This document shows positions 18,424 through 28,639 of a stretch of DNA of 64,000 bases, in pieces. How positions within the stretch are numbered: the first letter of the stretch is position 1; each line of letters starts with the position of its first letter. The DNA is from Candidatus Bathyarchaeota archaeon (GTDB lineage: Archaea; Thermoproteota; Bathyarchaeia; Bathyarchaeales; Bathycorpusculaceae). The notes under the pieces were generated by a model. It was not told where the DNA came from. It worked only from the letters and a program-made list of their open reading frames with translations, and ran no database searches. The stretch spans positions 160,001-224,000 of the forward strand of contig CAWAKC010000009.1 in the NCBI GenBank assembly GCA_963782525.1. The letters run 5' to 3'. The translations under genes and the position numbers were made by a program.

Positions 18424-19335
18424 ATGATAACTGTAATTGGAGCAGGCAAAGTGGGAAGCGCAGCTGCCTTCGACATTTTGCGTTACAAAATAAGTGATGT
18501 TGTATTGATCGATACTAACGAAAAAGCGGCGAAGGGTGAAGCTTTAGATATGATGCAGGCTGCACCAGCCATCGAATTTGACGGCAAAATCCATGGAACA
18601 AGTGACTACAGCGAAATGGCTGGATCAGAGCTGGTTATTGTCACCGCTGGCTTAGGAAGAAGGCCAGATATGACTCGTTTTGACCTGATGAACACTAACG
18701 CACAAATTATAAAATCAATAGTTAAAGAGATTGTGAAGTATGCATCTAAGACTAAAATCATGATGGTGACTAACCCTGTTGACATAATGACGTACATTGC
18801 CGCTAAAGAAACGGGGATTCCTCGGTGCTGCCTCTTTGGCATGGGCAACATCTTAGACACTATGCGTTTTAGAACCTACCTCGCCAATGAACTGGATGTT
18901 TCGCGTGAGGACACACGAGCTTTGGTTATTGGAGAGCATGGCGACTCAATGGTGCCGCTTGTTGAATTCGCTTCTGTATCAGGTATACCTGTAACAAGTC
19001 TGTTATCTGAAGAGCAGCTTGACAAAATAGTTCATGCAACCGTAACTTCCGGCGCCGACGTCATTCAGCTTAAAGGCAGCACAGTTTATGCTCCAGGCAT
19101 GGTGATTGCGATAATGGCTGATGCGATTTTGACGGGACGCAACCGTGTGATGAGTGTATCCACAATGCTTGACGGAGAATACGGTGCATCAGGATTATCA
19201 ATTGGGGTACCTGTAGTTCTGGGGAAAGAAGGGGTTGAAAAAATAATTGAACTCGAATTATCCGATAAAACAAAGGAGCGGTTTGCCAAATCGGTTGCTA
19301 TCTTAAAAGAAGCGATAGCTGCTTTGAAGGATTAA
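18424..19335 (+). CDS. mdh: Malate dehydrogenase (LDH-like)
   Basis: GAGKVG, TAGLGRRPDMTR, VTNPVD, LDTMRF, GEHGDSMVP; start set to ATG 18424. Confidence 0.9.
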   Translation: MITVIGAGKVGSAAAFDILRYKISDVVLIDTNEKAAKGEALDMMQAAPAIEFDGKIHGTSDYSEMAGSELVIVTAGLGRRPDMTRFDLMNTNAQIIKSIVKEIVKYASKTKIMMVTNPVDIMTYIAAKETGIPRCCLFGMGNILDTMRFRTYLANELDVSREDTRALVIGEHGDSMVPLVEFASVSGIPVTSLLSEEQLDKIVHATVTSGADVIQLKGSTVYAPGMVIAIMADAILTGRNRVMSVSTMLDGEYGASGLSIGVPVVLGKEGVEKIIELELSDKTKERFAKSVAILKEAIAALKD

Positions 19336-19348
19336 AAGGGAGAAAAAA

Positions 19349-19573
19349 TTAAATTATTGCCTTCATTTTGGCGCAGTAAAAATTTCCGTTTTGCCTAACG
19401 AACGCTGGGCATTTTCCGTCGTAGCAGTTTTTTAGCCATTGACATGGTGCCCGAATCTCATTCACCCTGGGCATGTAGGAGCGTGAGTTAAAAGTTTGTT
19501 GAGGGGTTGCTCGTTTAGAAATTTGTTCCATTAGAGTTTGCATTCCACTTTCCATTTTCAAAAACACCTTCAA
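19349..19573 (-). CDS. Small hypothetical protein with four C-terminal Cys
   Basis: CQWLKNCYDGKCPAF..FYC; start uncertain. Confidence 0.5.
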   Translation of the reverse strand: MKVFLKMESGMQTLMEQISKRATPQQTFNSRSYMPRVNEIRAPCQWLKNCYDGKCPAFVRQNGNFYCAKMKAII

Positions 19574-19716
19574 GTTGCTTCCTGAATTGAAATACTATTG
19601 CTCGGGTCTGATTAATTAAAACTTGTTGCAAACGTTGTACAACAACAAAAGCATATAAGCACTAACAAGGAGCAAGAAAAAAAAAGCCGAACTAAGGCAT
19701 ACAAAGTGTTATTTAG

Positions 19717-20670
<954 letters not shown>

Positions 20671-20671
20671 A

Positions 20672-22888
20672 TTAAGTTGATGTAAAGCGGTCAAACGTCG
20701 TCAATGTGCTCATAGAGCCGCATGAGGGGCATTTATGCAGTGTTCCAAAAAAGTTTTTCTTGCAGTTGTCGCAGAAGCTGATTAGGCGGTTGTAAGTGAA
20801 GAATTCTATGGCTGAATTTTCCATTAGGCGCATTGTTAGGTTCATTAGGGCTTCGGGCGTGTATTCTGCTCCTTCGAGTTCAATGATGCTGAGGTTTCCG
20901 CCAGCGTTTAGTCCCTTCATTTTTTGGGCAGTTTCAAGCTGCTCGGTCTGAATGCTAAGAAGCTCAGCGGCTTTCACTTGGAAACGTTTAGCAGTTGAGT
21001 AATATGGTTTTTCTCTTGTTCCTGAAAACTTGACTTGGGCAACTCCGTACCTTTCAACGTCCAACTGCGCGAGCCGTTCAGATGCTTCGGGGCTACCTAG
21101 GATGACTGGGTAGAGGCGTTTTCCGTATTTTCTGCCGATTTTCTGTTTAAAAGCCAAAAGAGTCTGGATTGTTTCTTCAGCGAATTTGCGGCTCTCTTCT
21201 GAGTTAATGGGTTTTCCGGTGAAGGCTTCGGTGGCTTCTCGGAACCCTGCTAAATTGATTAGACGGGAACAGTTTTCTATTCTAAAGTAGGTATCGCGGT
21301 CAGCTTTTTGCAGCAGAAACGGCAGGGAATTTTTCCCGAATTGCCTAAGAGCATTGTTCTTTATTCCCAATGCTCGTGCTGCAAGTTCGAAGCGTTCGCG
21401 CATTAAATCGAAGAATTTGTTTTTATCTTTCTCGCATTCAAGCACAATCCGTGGCAGATTAATCGTAACGGAACCTAAACTGCCAGTGCGTAATGTGTCG
21501 GTTTCCCAGTCGCCCGTTAAATCGGGAGCGAATTTTACGCCTGAAGAAGAGAAAGCCACGTTTTCATTTTCTTTTTTAGTCATGTTAGCAAAATAGGGAA
21601 TCCCGTCTTTTGCCGCTAATTGGTGAGCTTTAAGAAGGATTGCTTTGGCGTTTTCGTCAGCCAACGCTGCACTGTTGATTTTTATCACCACTTTTGGGCT
21701 AAGCAGCGGCTTGTTGATGCTTTCTTCAGCAAAAACGTCCACGATAATTGAGGCTACAAGCTGGCTTTCCTGTACGTAGTCGCCGTATTTGCCCTTTGGT
21801 TTGCCTTCTGGACCTATGGCTTCTTTTTCCACAGTTAATTTTGGAGTCGAAAGCTCCAGTCCCAACGTGGCTTCTGCGTGTTGGTTGAGGTTTTTTATGA
21901 ATAAACGCAGGTTTTCTTTGATCTTTGCAACTTCGTTGCCTCTTACGTAGGGTGCGAGGAACACGTTGAAGTAGTTGAAGGTTTGAGTGCGGTTGGTTTC
22001 TTCGCTGGCATGCAAAATAACGTTAAACGCTATTGATAAGGCGGATTTTAGGTTGCTTGGCGGATCCATGGCGACTTGGAGGGGATTGTCAAGTTTCACG
22101 CCGTGTTGGAAGAAATAACGTAGGTCATGGATTACTTCGTTTGGTTTCAGTATCCAGGTGCCTAGTCCTTCAATGTGGATCGCTCCTGACAAATGTGCAT
22201 CCGCGATATCCCTTGGAAAAACGTTCAGTAACGTATATTCGCCAAGGACGCTTTGGCCTGCCTTGCTGATTGTTGCTTGGGCGTCTTGAGCAGCATCTTT
22301 TGACTCGATAAGAGCAGTGACTTCGTGGATGGGCATGCCCACGCGGGTAAGTTTGTTGCGGTAATCCTCGTAGCCCTTTTCCACCAAAATACCGTTGACA
22401 ACTTCCCTGATAAGTGATGCAGTGAGGTATTTGGTTTTTGATTTTACTAGTCGTTTCTCAGCTTCCTTTGCTGCCTTTTGCGCGAGTTCTGGTGGAACCT
22501 TGGCCTCTTTAATTAGTGAATTCGCAATTTTGTTAACATCAAACTCTTCTAAAGTCAAATGCGAGGTCCGAACAAGCATGCCGCGCGGTTTAACGGCTTT
22601 CTTCTCCACGCGGTCAGCCACGTCCAAAACCATTTTGCCAAGGTCAGTTAAGAAATATTTTTTTGCCTCCACATCTGCCTCAACCAAATCCGCTTTTAGA
22701 AGGAATTTTAGGTGGTAGGCAAACCTGCCTGCGTCTCGGCTGGGGTTCATTTTAAGTTGGTTCATAAGTTCAGTGTAGGAGAGGGCGCTGCTGTCGAAGA
22801 GCAAATTGAGGATTTGCAGCCTAAGCGGTGAAGAAACGGCTTTGAGCACTTTGACGCCGCGTGCACGATGCGGAGGCTGATTAACCAT
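20672..22888 (-). CDS. wHTH + ATP-cone + class III ribonucleotide reductase-like fusion, predicted catalytically inactive
   Basis: N-terminal ArsR-like wHTH, ATP cone (VRTS..EEFDVNKI..LIREVVN), NrdD core (HLSGAIH, TINLPR, ERLAQLD), C-terminal CxxC..CxxC; ends RFTST instead of RxxGY. Confidence 0.85.
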   Translation of the reverse strand: MVNQPPHRARGVKVLKAVSSPLRLQILNLLFDSSALSYTELMNQLKMNPSRDAGRFAYHLKFLLKADLVEADVEAKKYFLTDLGKMVLDVADRVEKKAVKPRGMLVRTSHLTLEEFDVNKIANSLIKEAKVPPELAQKAAKEAEKRLVKSKTKYLTASLIREVVNGILVEKGYEDYRNKLTRVGMPIHEVTALIESKDAAQDAQATISKAGQSVLGEYTLLNVFPRDIADAHLSGAIHIEGLGTWILKPNEVIHDLRYFFQHGVKLDNPLQVAMDPPSNLKSALSIAFNVILHASEETNRTQTFNYFNVFLAPYVRGNEVAKIKENLRLFIKNLNQHAEATLGLELSTPKLTVEKEAIGPEGKPKGKYGDYVQESQLVASIIVDVFAEESINKPLLSPKVVIKINSAALADENAKAILLKAHQLAAKDGIPYFANMTKKENENVAFSSSGVKFAPDLTGDWETDTLRTGSLGSVTINLPRIVLECEKDKNKFFDLMRERFELAARALGIKNNALRQFGKNSLPFLLQKADRDTYFRIENCSRLINLAGFREATEAFTGKPINSEESRKFAEETIQTLLAFKQKIGRKYGKRLYPVILGSPEASERLAQLDVERYGVAQVKFSGTREKPYYSTAKRFQVKAAELLSIQTEQLETAQKMKGLNAGGNLSIIELEGAEYTPEALMNLTMRLMENSAIEFFTYNRLISFCDNCKKNFFGTLHKCPSCGSMSTLTTFDRFTST

Positions 22889-22891
22889 ACC

Positions 22892-22952
22892 TTAAACTCT
22901 CCTGAACTCCTCAAACTTTGGGGTTTACCTATTATTCCACTGGAGAGTTTAA
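22892..22952. promoter_or_regulatory. Perfect 11-bp inverted repeat spanning the promoter/RBS of the wHTH-NrdD gene
   Basis: TTAAACTCTCC (22892-22902) N39 GGAGAGTTTAA (22942-22952). Confidence 0.6.
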
Positions 22953-22995
22953 ACTTAACTAAAAAAAGCGGTTGCTGCTTTGGGGTGTTTAACGC

Positions 22996-24054
22996 TTAGA
23001 CACGGCATGGCTGCTGTTGAGATATGCAGTGTATCGTGCCAAACCCGTAGACTAAATCCACGCAGCGAATCCCCACCACTTTTCGTGTTGGAAAAAGTTC
23101 CTGCAGAATAGCCAGTGCTTTGGCATCGTTTTTATGGTCAAAAATTGGCACCAACACTTTTTGGTTGCCTATGTAAAAGTTCGTGTAACTCGCAGGCAGC
23201 CGTTCATCTTCGTCACTGACAACTTTGGGCATGGGCAACTTTACAATTTTGAGTTTTTCGCCGTCTTGGTCAACTGCTTGACAGAGAATGTCATAGTTTT
23301 CTTTGAGGGCATCGTAATCGACGTCGTTTTGGTCGTCCTGATAAGCGCAAACAATGGTGGTTGGGTTTACGAACCTGGCTAAGTCGTCTATGTGTCCGTC
23401 GGTGTCGTCTCCGAGGATGCCACATTTCAACCAGATAAAATGGTTTACGCCAAGATAGTCTGCGAGGTATTTTTCGATTTGTTGCCTGTCAAGGTCGGGG
23501 TTTCGATTCTTGTTTAGAAGACACTGCGCTGTCGTAAGTAGGGTTCCTTTTCCGTTAACATCTATAGAGCCTCCTTCCAAAACTATGCCAGGTTTAAAAC
23601 AGCGCATAGACATTTTTTGGTTAATTACATCGGGAATTTGCCTGTCTTTTAGCAGGGTTTCATATTTTTCTCCCCATGAGTTAAAGTCCCAATGAATCAT
23701 CGCAAGTTCATGATTTTGGTTCTTGACAAATACTGGCCCATAATCCCTAAACCATACATCGGCGTAGTCGGAAACGTAAAAGTGGATTTTTTCCAAGTTG
23801 ATGTTTTCAGCTTTAAACATCCTTGTTGCTTTCTGTTTGGTGAGCTCATCGATGACGAAGAGGTTTACTTCTTCGCTTTCATGAATCTCCTTAACAATTT
23901 GGACATAAGTAGCTTCCACGCGTTCTACTCTGTCGGGGAAAGTGGTTGGGTCATAGGGCCATGCAAGCCAGATTGCATCGTGTTTTTCCCACTCAGCAGG
24001 CATACAAAAGCCCTGTTCACGGCAACTCCGCTCGGAACTACTCATCTTCCGCAC
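22996..24054 (-). CDS. aguA: Agmatine deiminase (PPAD family)
   Basis: MPAEW, WFRDYGP, LEGGSI, DTDGHID, ASYTNF, GTIHCISQQ. Confidence 0.93.
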   Translation of the reverse strand: MRKMSSSERSCREQGFCMPAEWEKHDAIWLAWPYDPTTFPDRVERVEATYVQIVKEIHESEEVNLFVIDELTKQKATRMFKAENINLEKIHFYVSDYADVWFRDYGPVFVKNQNHELAMIHWDFNSWGEKYETLLKDRQIPDVINQKMSMRCFKPGIVLEGGSIDVNGKGTLLTTAQCLLNKNRNPDLDRQQIEKYLADYLGVNHFIWLKCGILGDDTDGHIDDLARFVNPTTIVCAYQDDQNDVDYDALKENYDILCQAVDQDGEKLKIVKLPMPKVVSDEDERLPASYTNFYIGNQKVLVPIFDHKNDAKALAILQELFPTRKVVGIRCVDLVYGFGTIHCISQQQPCRV

Positions 24055-24853
24055 CCTTCTTGATGTCTCTTACAAGCCGCTGATAGGTATCTGGGCGCCT
24101 GTTACGAAGGAACCCCCAGCCATCCTGGATTTTCTTGTTTTTGATTAGGTCGATTTTGGCAACCACGACTTCTTCTTTTGTGGTGCTGGCTTCGTTTAGG
24201 ACTTTGCCGAAGGAATCGCATACAAATGAGCCGCCCCAAAACTCTAGCTCTCCTTCTTCGCCAACACGGTTAACTGCTGCAACATGGATTCCGTTTGTGA
24301 TGGCGTGTGCACGCTGGACAGTTCGCCAAGCGTCATGCCAGTCGCCGTCCGCCGAAGTGTACCCTTTAACGTAGCCAATTGCGGTGGGATAAAATATTAT
24401 TTCTGCACCTTCCAACGCGTTGATTCGGGCGGGCTCGGGGAACCATTGGTCATAACAGATAAGCACCCCAATGCGTGCAAACGGTGTCTCAAAAACCCCA
24501 TAGTCCAAGTCGCCTGCCTCAAAATAGTCTTTTTCATAGAAGTAAGGGTCGTATGGAATGTGTGCTTTACGATAACAGCCCAATATTTCGCCGTTTGAAC
24601 CGACTACGACTGCTGTATTGTAGAATTTGCCGTTTTTGGCTTTCTCAAACAAAGGTGCGATGATGACTATTTTGTGTTTTTTTGCTAATTTAGAAAATAA
24701 GTTTGTAGATTCTCCAGGAATCAATTCCGCTAAAGCCGAAAAATCCTTCTTTTCTTCTTGTGGAAAATATGTTGTTCTGTAAAGTTCTTGGAGGCAGATG
24801 ATTTGGGCGCCTTTTTGTGCGGCTTCCTCAATTTTTTGGGCGGTTTTCGCCAT
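24038..24853 (-). CDS. aguB: N-carbamoylputrescine amidase (carbon-nitrogen hydrolase); homology extends upstream to about 24910
   Basis: LQEL, YRKxHIP, ICYDQWFPE catalytic triad, YPTAIG, NRVG; overlaps aguA. Confidence 0.88.
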   Translation of the reverse strand: MAKTAQKIEEAAQKGAQIICLQELYRTTYFPQEEKKDFSALAELIPGESTNLFSKLAKKHKIVIIAPLFEKAKNGKFYNTAVVVGSNGEILGCYRKAHIPYDPYFYEKDYFEAGDLDYGVFETPFARIGVLICYDQWFPEPARINALEGAEIIFYPTAIGYVKGYTSADGDWHDAWRTVQRAHAITNGIHVAAVNRVGEEGELEFWGGSFVCDSFGKVLNEASTTKEEVVVAKIDLIKNKKIQDGWGFLRNRRPDTYQRLVRDIKKGAEDE

Positions 24854-25185
24854 GTTCTCGGCTATATTTTCTGAAACAGATGTTTGGATAAGCCCAACGG
24901 TAACTATTTTATCATTCTTTAATTTGGTAATTTTTGGATTTGTTTTGGAAGCCTTTATTTGATTTCCTTCCTTGTTTTCAACTAATTTATATCCTGTTCG
25001 TATTAACTTTTTTGAAAAATATAAGCAAACCTACCTGAAAAAATAAAATAAAACCAGCACACAACATAGTTTTTCGGTCTTGCACAAGGCACATACATGG
25101 AAAAAACTCTTTTTGGGTTGATGGCAACGAAACTATTTATTAAGACAATGCGGTGACAATACATAGTTTATCGGGGCCAAATAAC

Positions 25186-26625
25186 ATGAAAATATTCATC
25201 GTTCAATTTCCCTTCGGCGTAGCAGCCTTCGACGAAAACAACGGCTTAGTAGAAAAAGCATTGTTTCCAAAAAATGCGCAAGCTGCAGCTAAAAGCCTGC
25301 TTAAAACTGAGTCTGGAAAATTATCCGACCAGGTCTCCTCATTAATTTCACTTTTAGCAAGCGTAGGTTATGACACTTTTGCTTTTGAATCCGGCAAGTT
25401 GGCAGAGGAAGCCCAAAAGAAAATGAAAGTTGCCGTCGAAGTCGCTAAGCCAGCGGAAACTGCAGTTTTACATTCACGTATGGGTGAAGTAGCAATCGAA
25501 GCAGGCTTTGCCAAAGACGAACAAGAACTAAGCATATGGACGCGCAGCGTCAGTTTGGAACTTGCAAAACTAAGAATCAAAAGTGCCACCGGGAAACGAG
25601 ATTTAATCGTTGCCCAAGGCATCCAAACCCTCGACAGTCTAGACCAAACCGTTAACCTCTTCATGGGAAGACTCCGAGAATGGTATGGCGTCTACTTTCC
25701 AGAACTTGACCGCTTAATCGAGAAACACGAAACTTACTCAAGGCTTGTCGTGAACTTGGGCGACAGAGAAAACTTTACTGTTGAGAATTTAGAAAGAGAA
25801 AACATTCCAAAAGAACGGACCCAACTTGTTGCGAAAGCAGCTGAATCATCTATGGGCGCCGACGTCGCTGAAGCCGATTTGGAAATGGTGCAAGCCTTAG
25901 CCAAGGATGTCCTTAACTTCTATTTGCTACGCAAAACCATGGAAGACTATGTTGACAACACCATGGAGGAGCTAGCACCTAACGTGCGAGCTGTTGCAGG
26001 AGCTCTTTTGGGTGCACGCTTGATCGCCATGGCAGGTAGCCTACAGAACTTGGCGATGAGACCCGCAAGCACTATACAAGTTATAGGCGCAGAAAAAGCT
26101 CTCTTCCGAAGCCTAAAAACAGGCGCTCGACCACCCAAACACGGCTTAATCTTCCAACACACACTTTTGCACGATGCAAAGAGGTGGCAACGTGGAAAAA
26201 TCGCAAGAGTCATTGCAGGCAAACTCGCTATAGCCGCAAGAGCCGACGCTTTCGGAGCAGGCCACTACATCGGAGACAAACTAAAAGCAGACATCAACAA
26301 ACGTATAGAAGAAATCCAAGTTAAATACAAAGAACCGCCAGCGCCCAAGGAAGCTAAACCACGTCCCGAAGGAGCAGCAGGATTTGAACGCCGAGAACAA
26401 CACCCTCCACGAAGAGATGACCGCGGGGGATTCAGGGGCGGCGGCAAAAACTTTGGTGGCGGCGATCGAGGTCCAAGACCACCACATCGCGGAGGTGGCG
26501 GTGGAGGCGGAGGACGCAACTTTAGTTACGGCGGCGGACGAGACAGGGGAGATCGACGAGGCGGCGGCAGCGGTGGAAGCGGCGGTCAAAACCGGGGACC
26601 AGACAGACGTGCACCTCAAAGTTAA
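25186..26625 (+). CDS. nop5: Box C/D RNP protein Nop5 with RGG-rich C-terminal tail
   Basis: REWYG.YFPEL, PASTIQVIGAEKALF, PPKHGLIFQH, RGKIAR..AARAD. Confidence 0.95.
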   Translation: MKIFIVQFPFGVAAFDENNGLVEKALFPKNAQAAAKSLLKTESGKLSDQVSSLISLLASVGYDTFAFESGKLAEEAQKKMKVAVEVAKPAETAVLHSRMGEVAIEAGFAKDEQELSIWTRSVSLELAKLRIKSATGKRDLIVAQGIQTLDSLDQTVNLFMGRLREWYGVYFPELDRLIEKHETYSRLVVNLGDRENFTVENLERENIPKERTQLVAKAAESSMGADVAEADLEMVQALAKDVLNFYLLRKTMEDYVDNTMEELAPNVRAVAGALLGARLIAMAGSLQNLAMRPASTIQVIGAEKALFRSLKTGARPPKHGLIFQHTLLHDAKRWQRGKIARVIAGKLAIAARADAFGAGHYIGDKLKADINKRIEEIQVKYKEPPAPKEAKPRPEGAAGFERREQHPPRRDDRGGFRGGGKNFGGGDRGPRPPHRGGGGGGGGRNFSYGGGRDRGDRRGGGSGGSGGQNRGPDRRAPQS

Positions 26626-27307
26626 ACCGCACCCAAAATTCAAAGAAATCTACCAAGTAATGCTGGAAGACGGCGCACAACGCCTCGCCACAAAAAACTT
26701 GACCCCTGGATTGAGGGTTTATGGTGAGCGGCTTTTCAAATTCAAATATGTTGAGTACCGTGTTTGGGATGCTTTCCGCAGCAAACTTGCAGGAGCTATC
26801 ATTAAAGGCGTGCAAAACGTGCCCATCGAGCCTGGTTTTAAAATTCTTTATTTGGGTGCAGCTTCAGGAACCACGCCAAGCCACGTCTCAGACATCGTCG
26901 GCGACACTGGACACGTTTACTGCGTAGAATTCGCCCAGCGTTCACTTCGGGATTTAGTCAACAACGTCGCTGCTTACCGAACCAACATTTCACCTATGCT
27001 TGAAGATGCACGAATGCCCGAACGATACGCCATGTTCATCTCAGGCAAAGTCGACACAATCTACTGCGACGTAGCACAACCCGAACAAGCAAAACTCCTC
27101 GCAGACAACGCAGACGTCTTCCTAAAACCCAACGGCTGGGTCATGCTGGCATGCAAATCACAAAGCATCGACGTAACCATGGACCCCAACGCAGTCTACC
27201 GCCAAGAAGCAAACATCCTAAGAAACAGAGGCTTTGACATAAAAGAAATCGTAGACCTAGAACCCTACGACAAAGCACACGCCATGATAGTAGCACAACA
27301 CCTCTAA
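26609..27307 (+). CDS. flpA: Fibrillarin-like rRNA/tRNA 2'-O-methyltransferase
   Basis: VYGE, EYRxW..RSKL, LYLGAASGTT.SHVSD, DVAQP; start set to GTG 26609 overlapping the nop5 end. Confidence 0.95.
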   Translation: MHLKVKPHPKFKEIYQVMLEDGAQRLATKNLTPGLRVYGERLFKFKYVEYRVWDAFRSKLAGAIIKGVQNVPIEPGFKILYLGAASGTTPSHVSDIVGDTGHVYCVEFAQRSLRDLVNNVAAYRTNISPMLEDARMPERYAMFISGKVDTIYCDVAQPEQAKLLADNADVFLKPNGWVMLACKSQSIDVTMDPNAVYRQEANILRNRGFDIKEIVDLEPYDKAHAMIVAQHL

Positions 27308-27535
27308 ACTTTTGATACTATAAGAATACTCAAAGAAGAAATGAAAAAGCGCCAATCAGATAATTTGTGTGAATTATTACCCAAAATCTTAGTAAATTTA
27401 TTAATTTCTAGATTTCGTGTGAGTTTTTATGGGTGAGTTGGTTGGTGGTTGGCGGTAGGTGGGAGGGCGTTGGTCAGAAAGTTTGTTTTTTGCGAATTGA
27501 TTATGCTAGTACCTTTAATGGGGCAAACTTGTAAG

Positions 27536-27614
27536 AGAAGTTGTTGTTGCTGCTGCAACTGTATTCTGCGCACCGGTTGCAACAACAATCAAAGATAAAC
27601 CCAAATTGCCAAGT
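27536..27614. repeat. Dispersed intergenic element, copy 2
   Basis: Shares 5' tract, TGCAAC/GTTGCA inverted repeat and AACCCAAA with 7262-7332. Confidence 0.7.
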
Positions 27615-27879
27615 TTACTTTTACTGAATCACAAGTCAGACCATAGAAGATGATTGTGGTGATGATGATGCAAACCAATTTTGTTCTCAACAGTATCATC
27701 AATCAAACCAATGTCCGATTGCGCTGCTCACTGACTTGTTTGGTGATAATTGTCTGCTGGCGACCTATGGCAATCGAGAATTGCTGCTGCATGCTTGATT
27801 TTCTTTGGAAGGCTCAGTTTTGGAAAAACATTATAGCTTGGAACACAAACCCATTCTTTGTTTAGGATGAAAACCTCTC

Positions 27880-28542
27880 ATGTTGGTTGCAGGTGTTGAC
27901 GAAGCGGGGCGCGGATGCGTTATCGGTCCTTTAGTTGTTGCTGGCGTAGCAGTGAAAACTGAGAAGCTGCAGTTGCTCTTTGACTTGGGCGTTAAAGACT
28001 CCAAACTTCTTACCGCCAAAAAAAGGGAAGCCCTGTACCCAGAAATTATAAAATTAACTGAAAAACACCACATAATAAAAGTTCCACCTGCCCAAATAGA
28101 CAAGGTAGTTCGAAGTAGCAGAACTCTACACAAACTAAATCGCCTTGAAGCCCAAACTATGGCAAAAATAATTGAGGTTTTAAGACCTGACGAAGCCTAC
28201 GTTGACGCCGCAGATGTGGTTGAGCATCGGTTCGGAAACCACATATCTGAATTACTCAGGTTCAAAACTAAAGTTGTGTCGGAACACAAAGCTGACAGGA
28301 CCTATCCCATTGTTTCGGCGGCATCCATCATTGCTAAGGTGGAACGGGATGGCGAGATTGCGAAGTTAAAAGTGAAGTACGGCGACTTTGGAAGCGGATA
28401 CTTAACCGATGAAAAAACCATGGTTTTCTTAAAACGGCTGCTTGATTCGAACGGTGACTACCCAAGCTGTGTCAGAAAAGCGTGGAAGCCTGCACAAAGA
28501 GCAAAAAGCGAGCATGGAAGCGTACAGTCGAAGCTAATTTAG
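27880..28542 (+). CDS. rnhB: Ribonuclease HII
   Basis: GVDEAGRG..GPLVV, VKDSK, VSAASIIAKVERD, GSGY. Confidence 0.96.
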   Translation: MLVAGVDEAGRGCVIGPLVVAGVAVKTEKLQLLFDLGVKDSKLLTAKKREALYPEIIKLTEKHHIIKVPPAQIDKVVRSSRTLHKLNRLEAQTMAKIIEVLRPDEAYVDAADVVEHRFGNHISELLRFKTKVVSEHKADRTYPIVSAASIIAKVERDGEIAKLKVKYGDFGSGYLTDEKTMVFLKRLLDSNGDYPSCVRKAWKPAQRAKSEHGSVQSKLI

Positions 28543-28639
28543 AGTTAAATTAGTGTGTTTTGTAGTGTCTAAAAAGATACAATTTATAAACACCATCTAC
28601 CATCCGTACTAGTAAATACGGGTTTTATACGGCGGTAAC

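Noticed and set aside
26384-26608. 75-aa acidic/Ala-rich N-terminal extension of fibrillarin in the ORF track
   Set aside because: It is the +1 reading of the Gly/Arg codons of the nop5 tail; fibrillarin similarity starts near GTG 26609
27650-27865. 71-aa ORF, and TGATGA...CTGA resembling a C/D box sRNA after nop5-flpA
   Set aside because: ORF is not protein-like; box spacing is long, there are no clear C'/D' boxes, and the TGATGA sits in a GAT microsatellite
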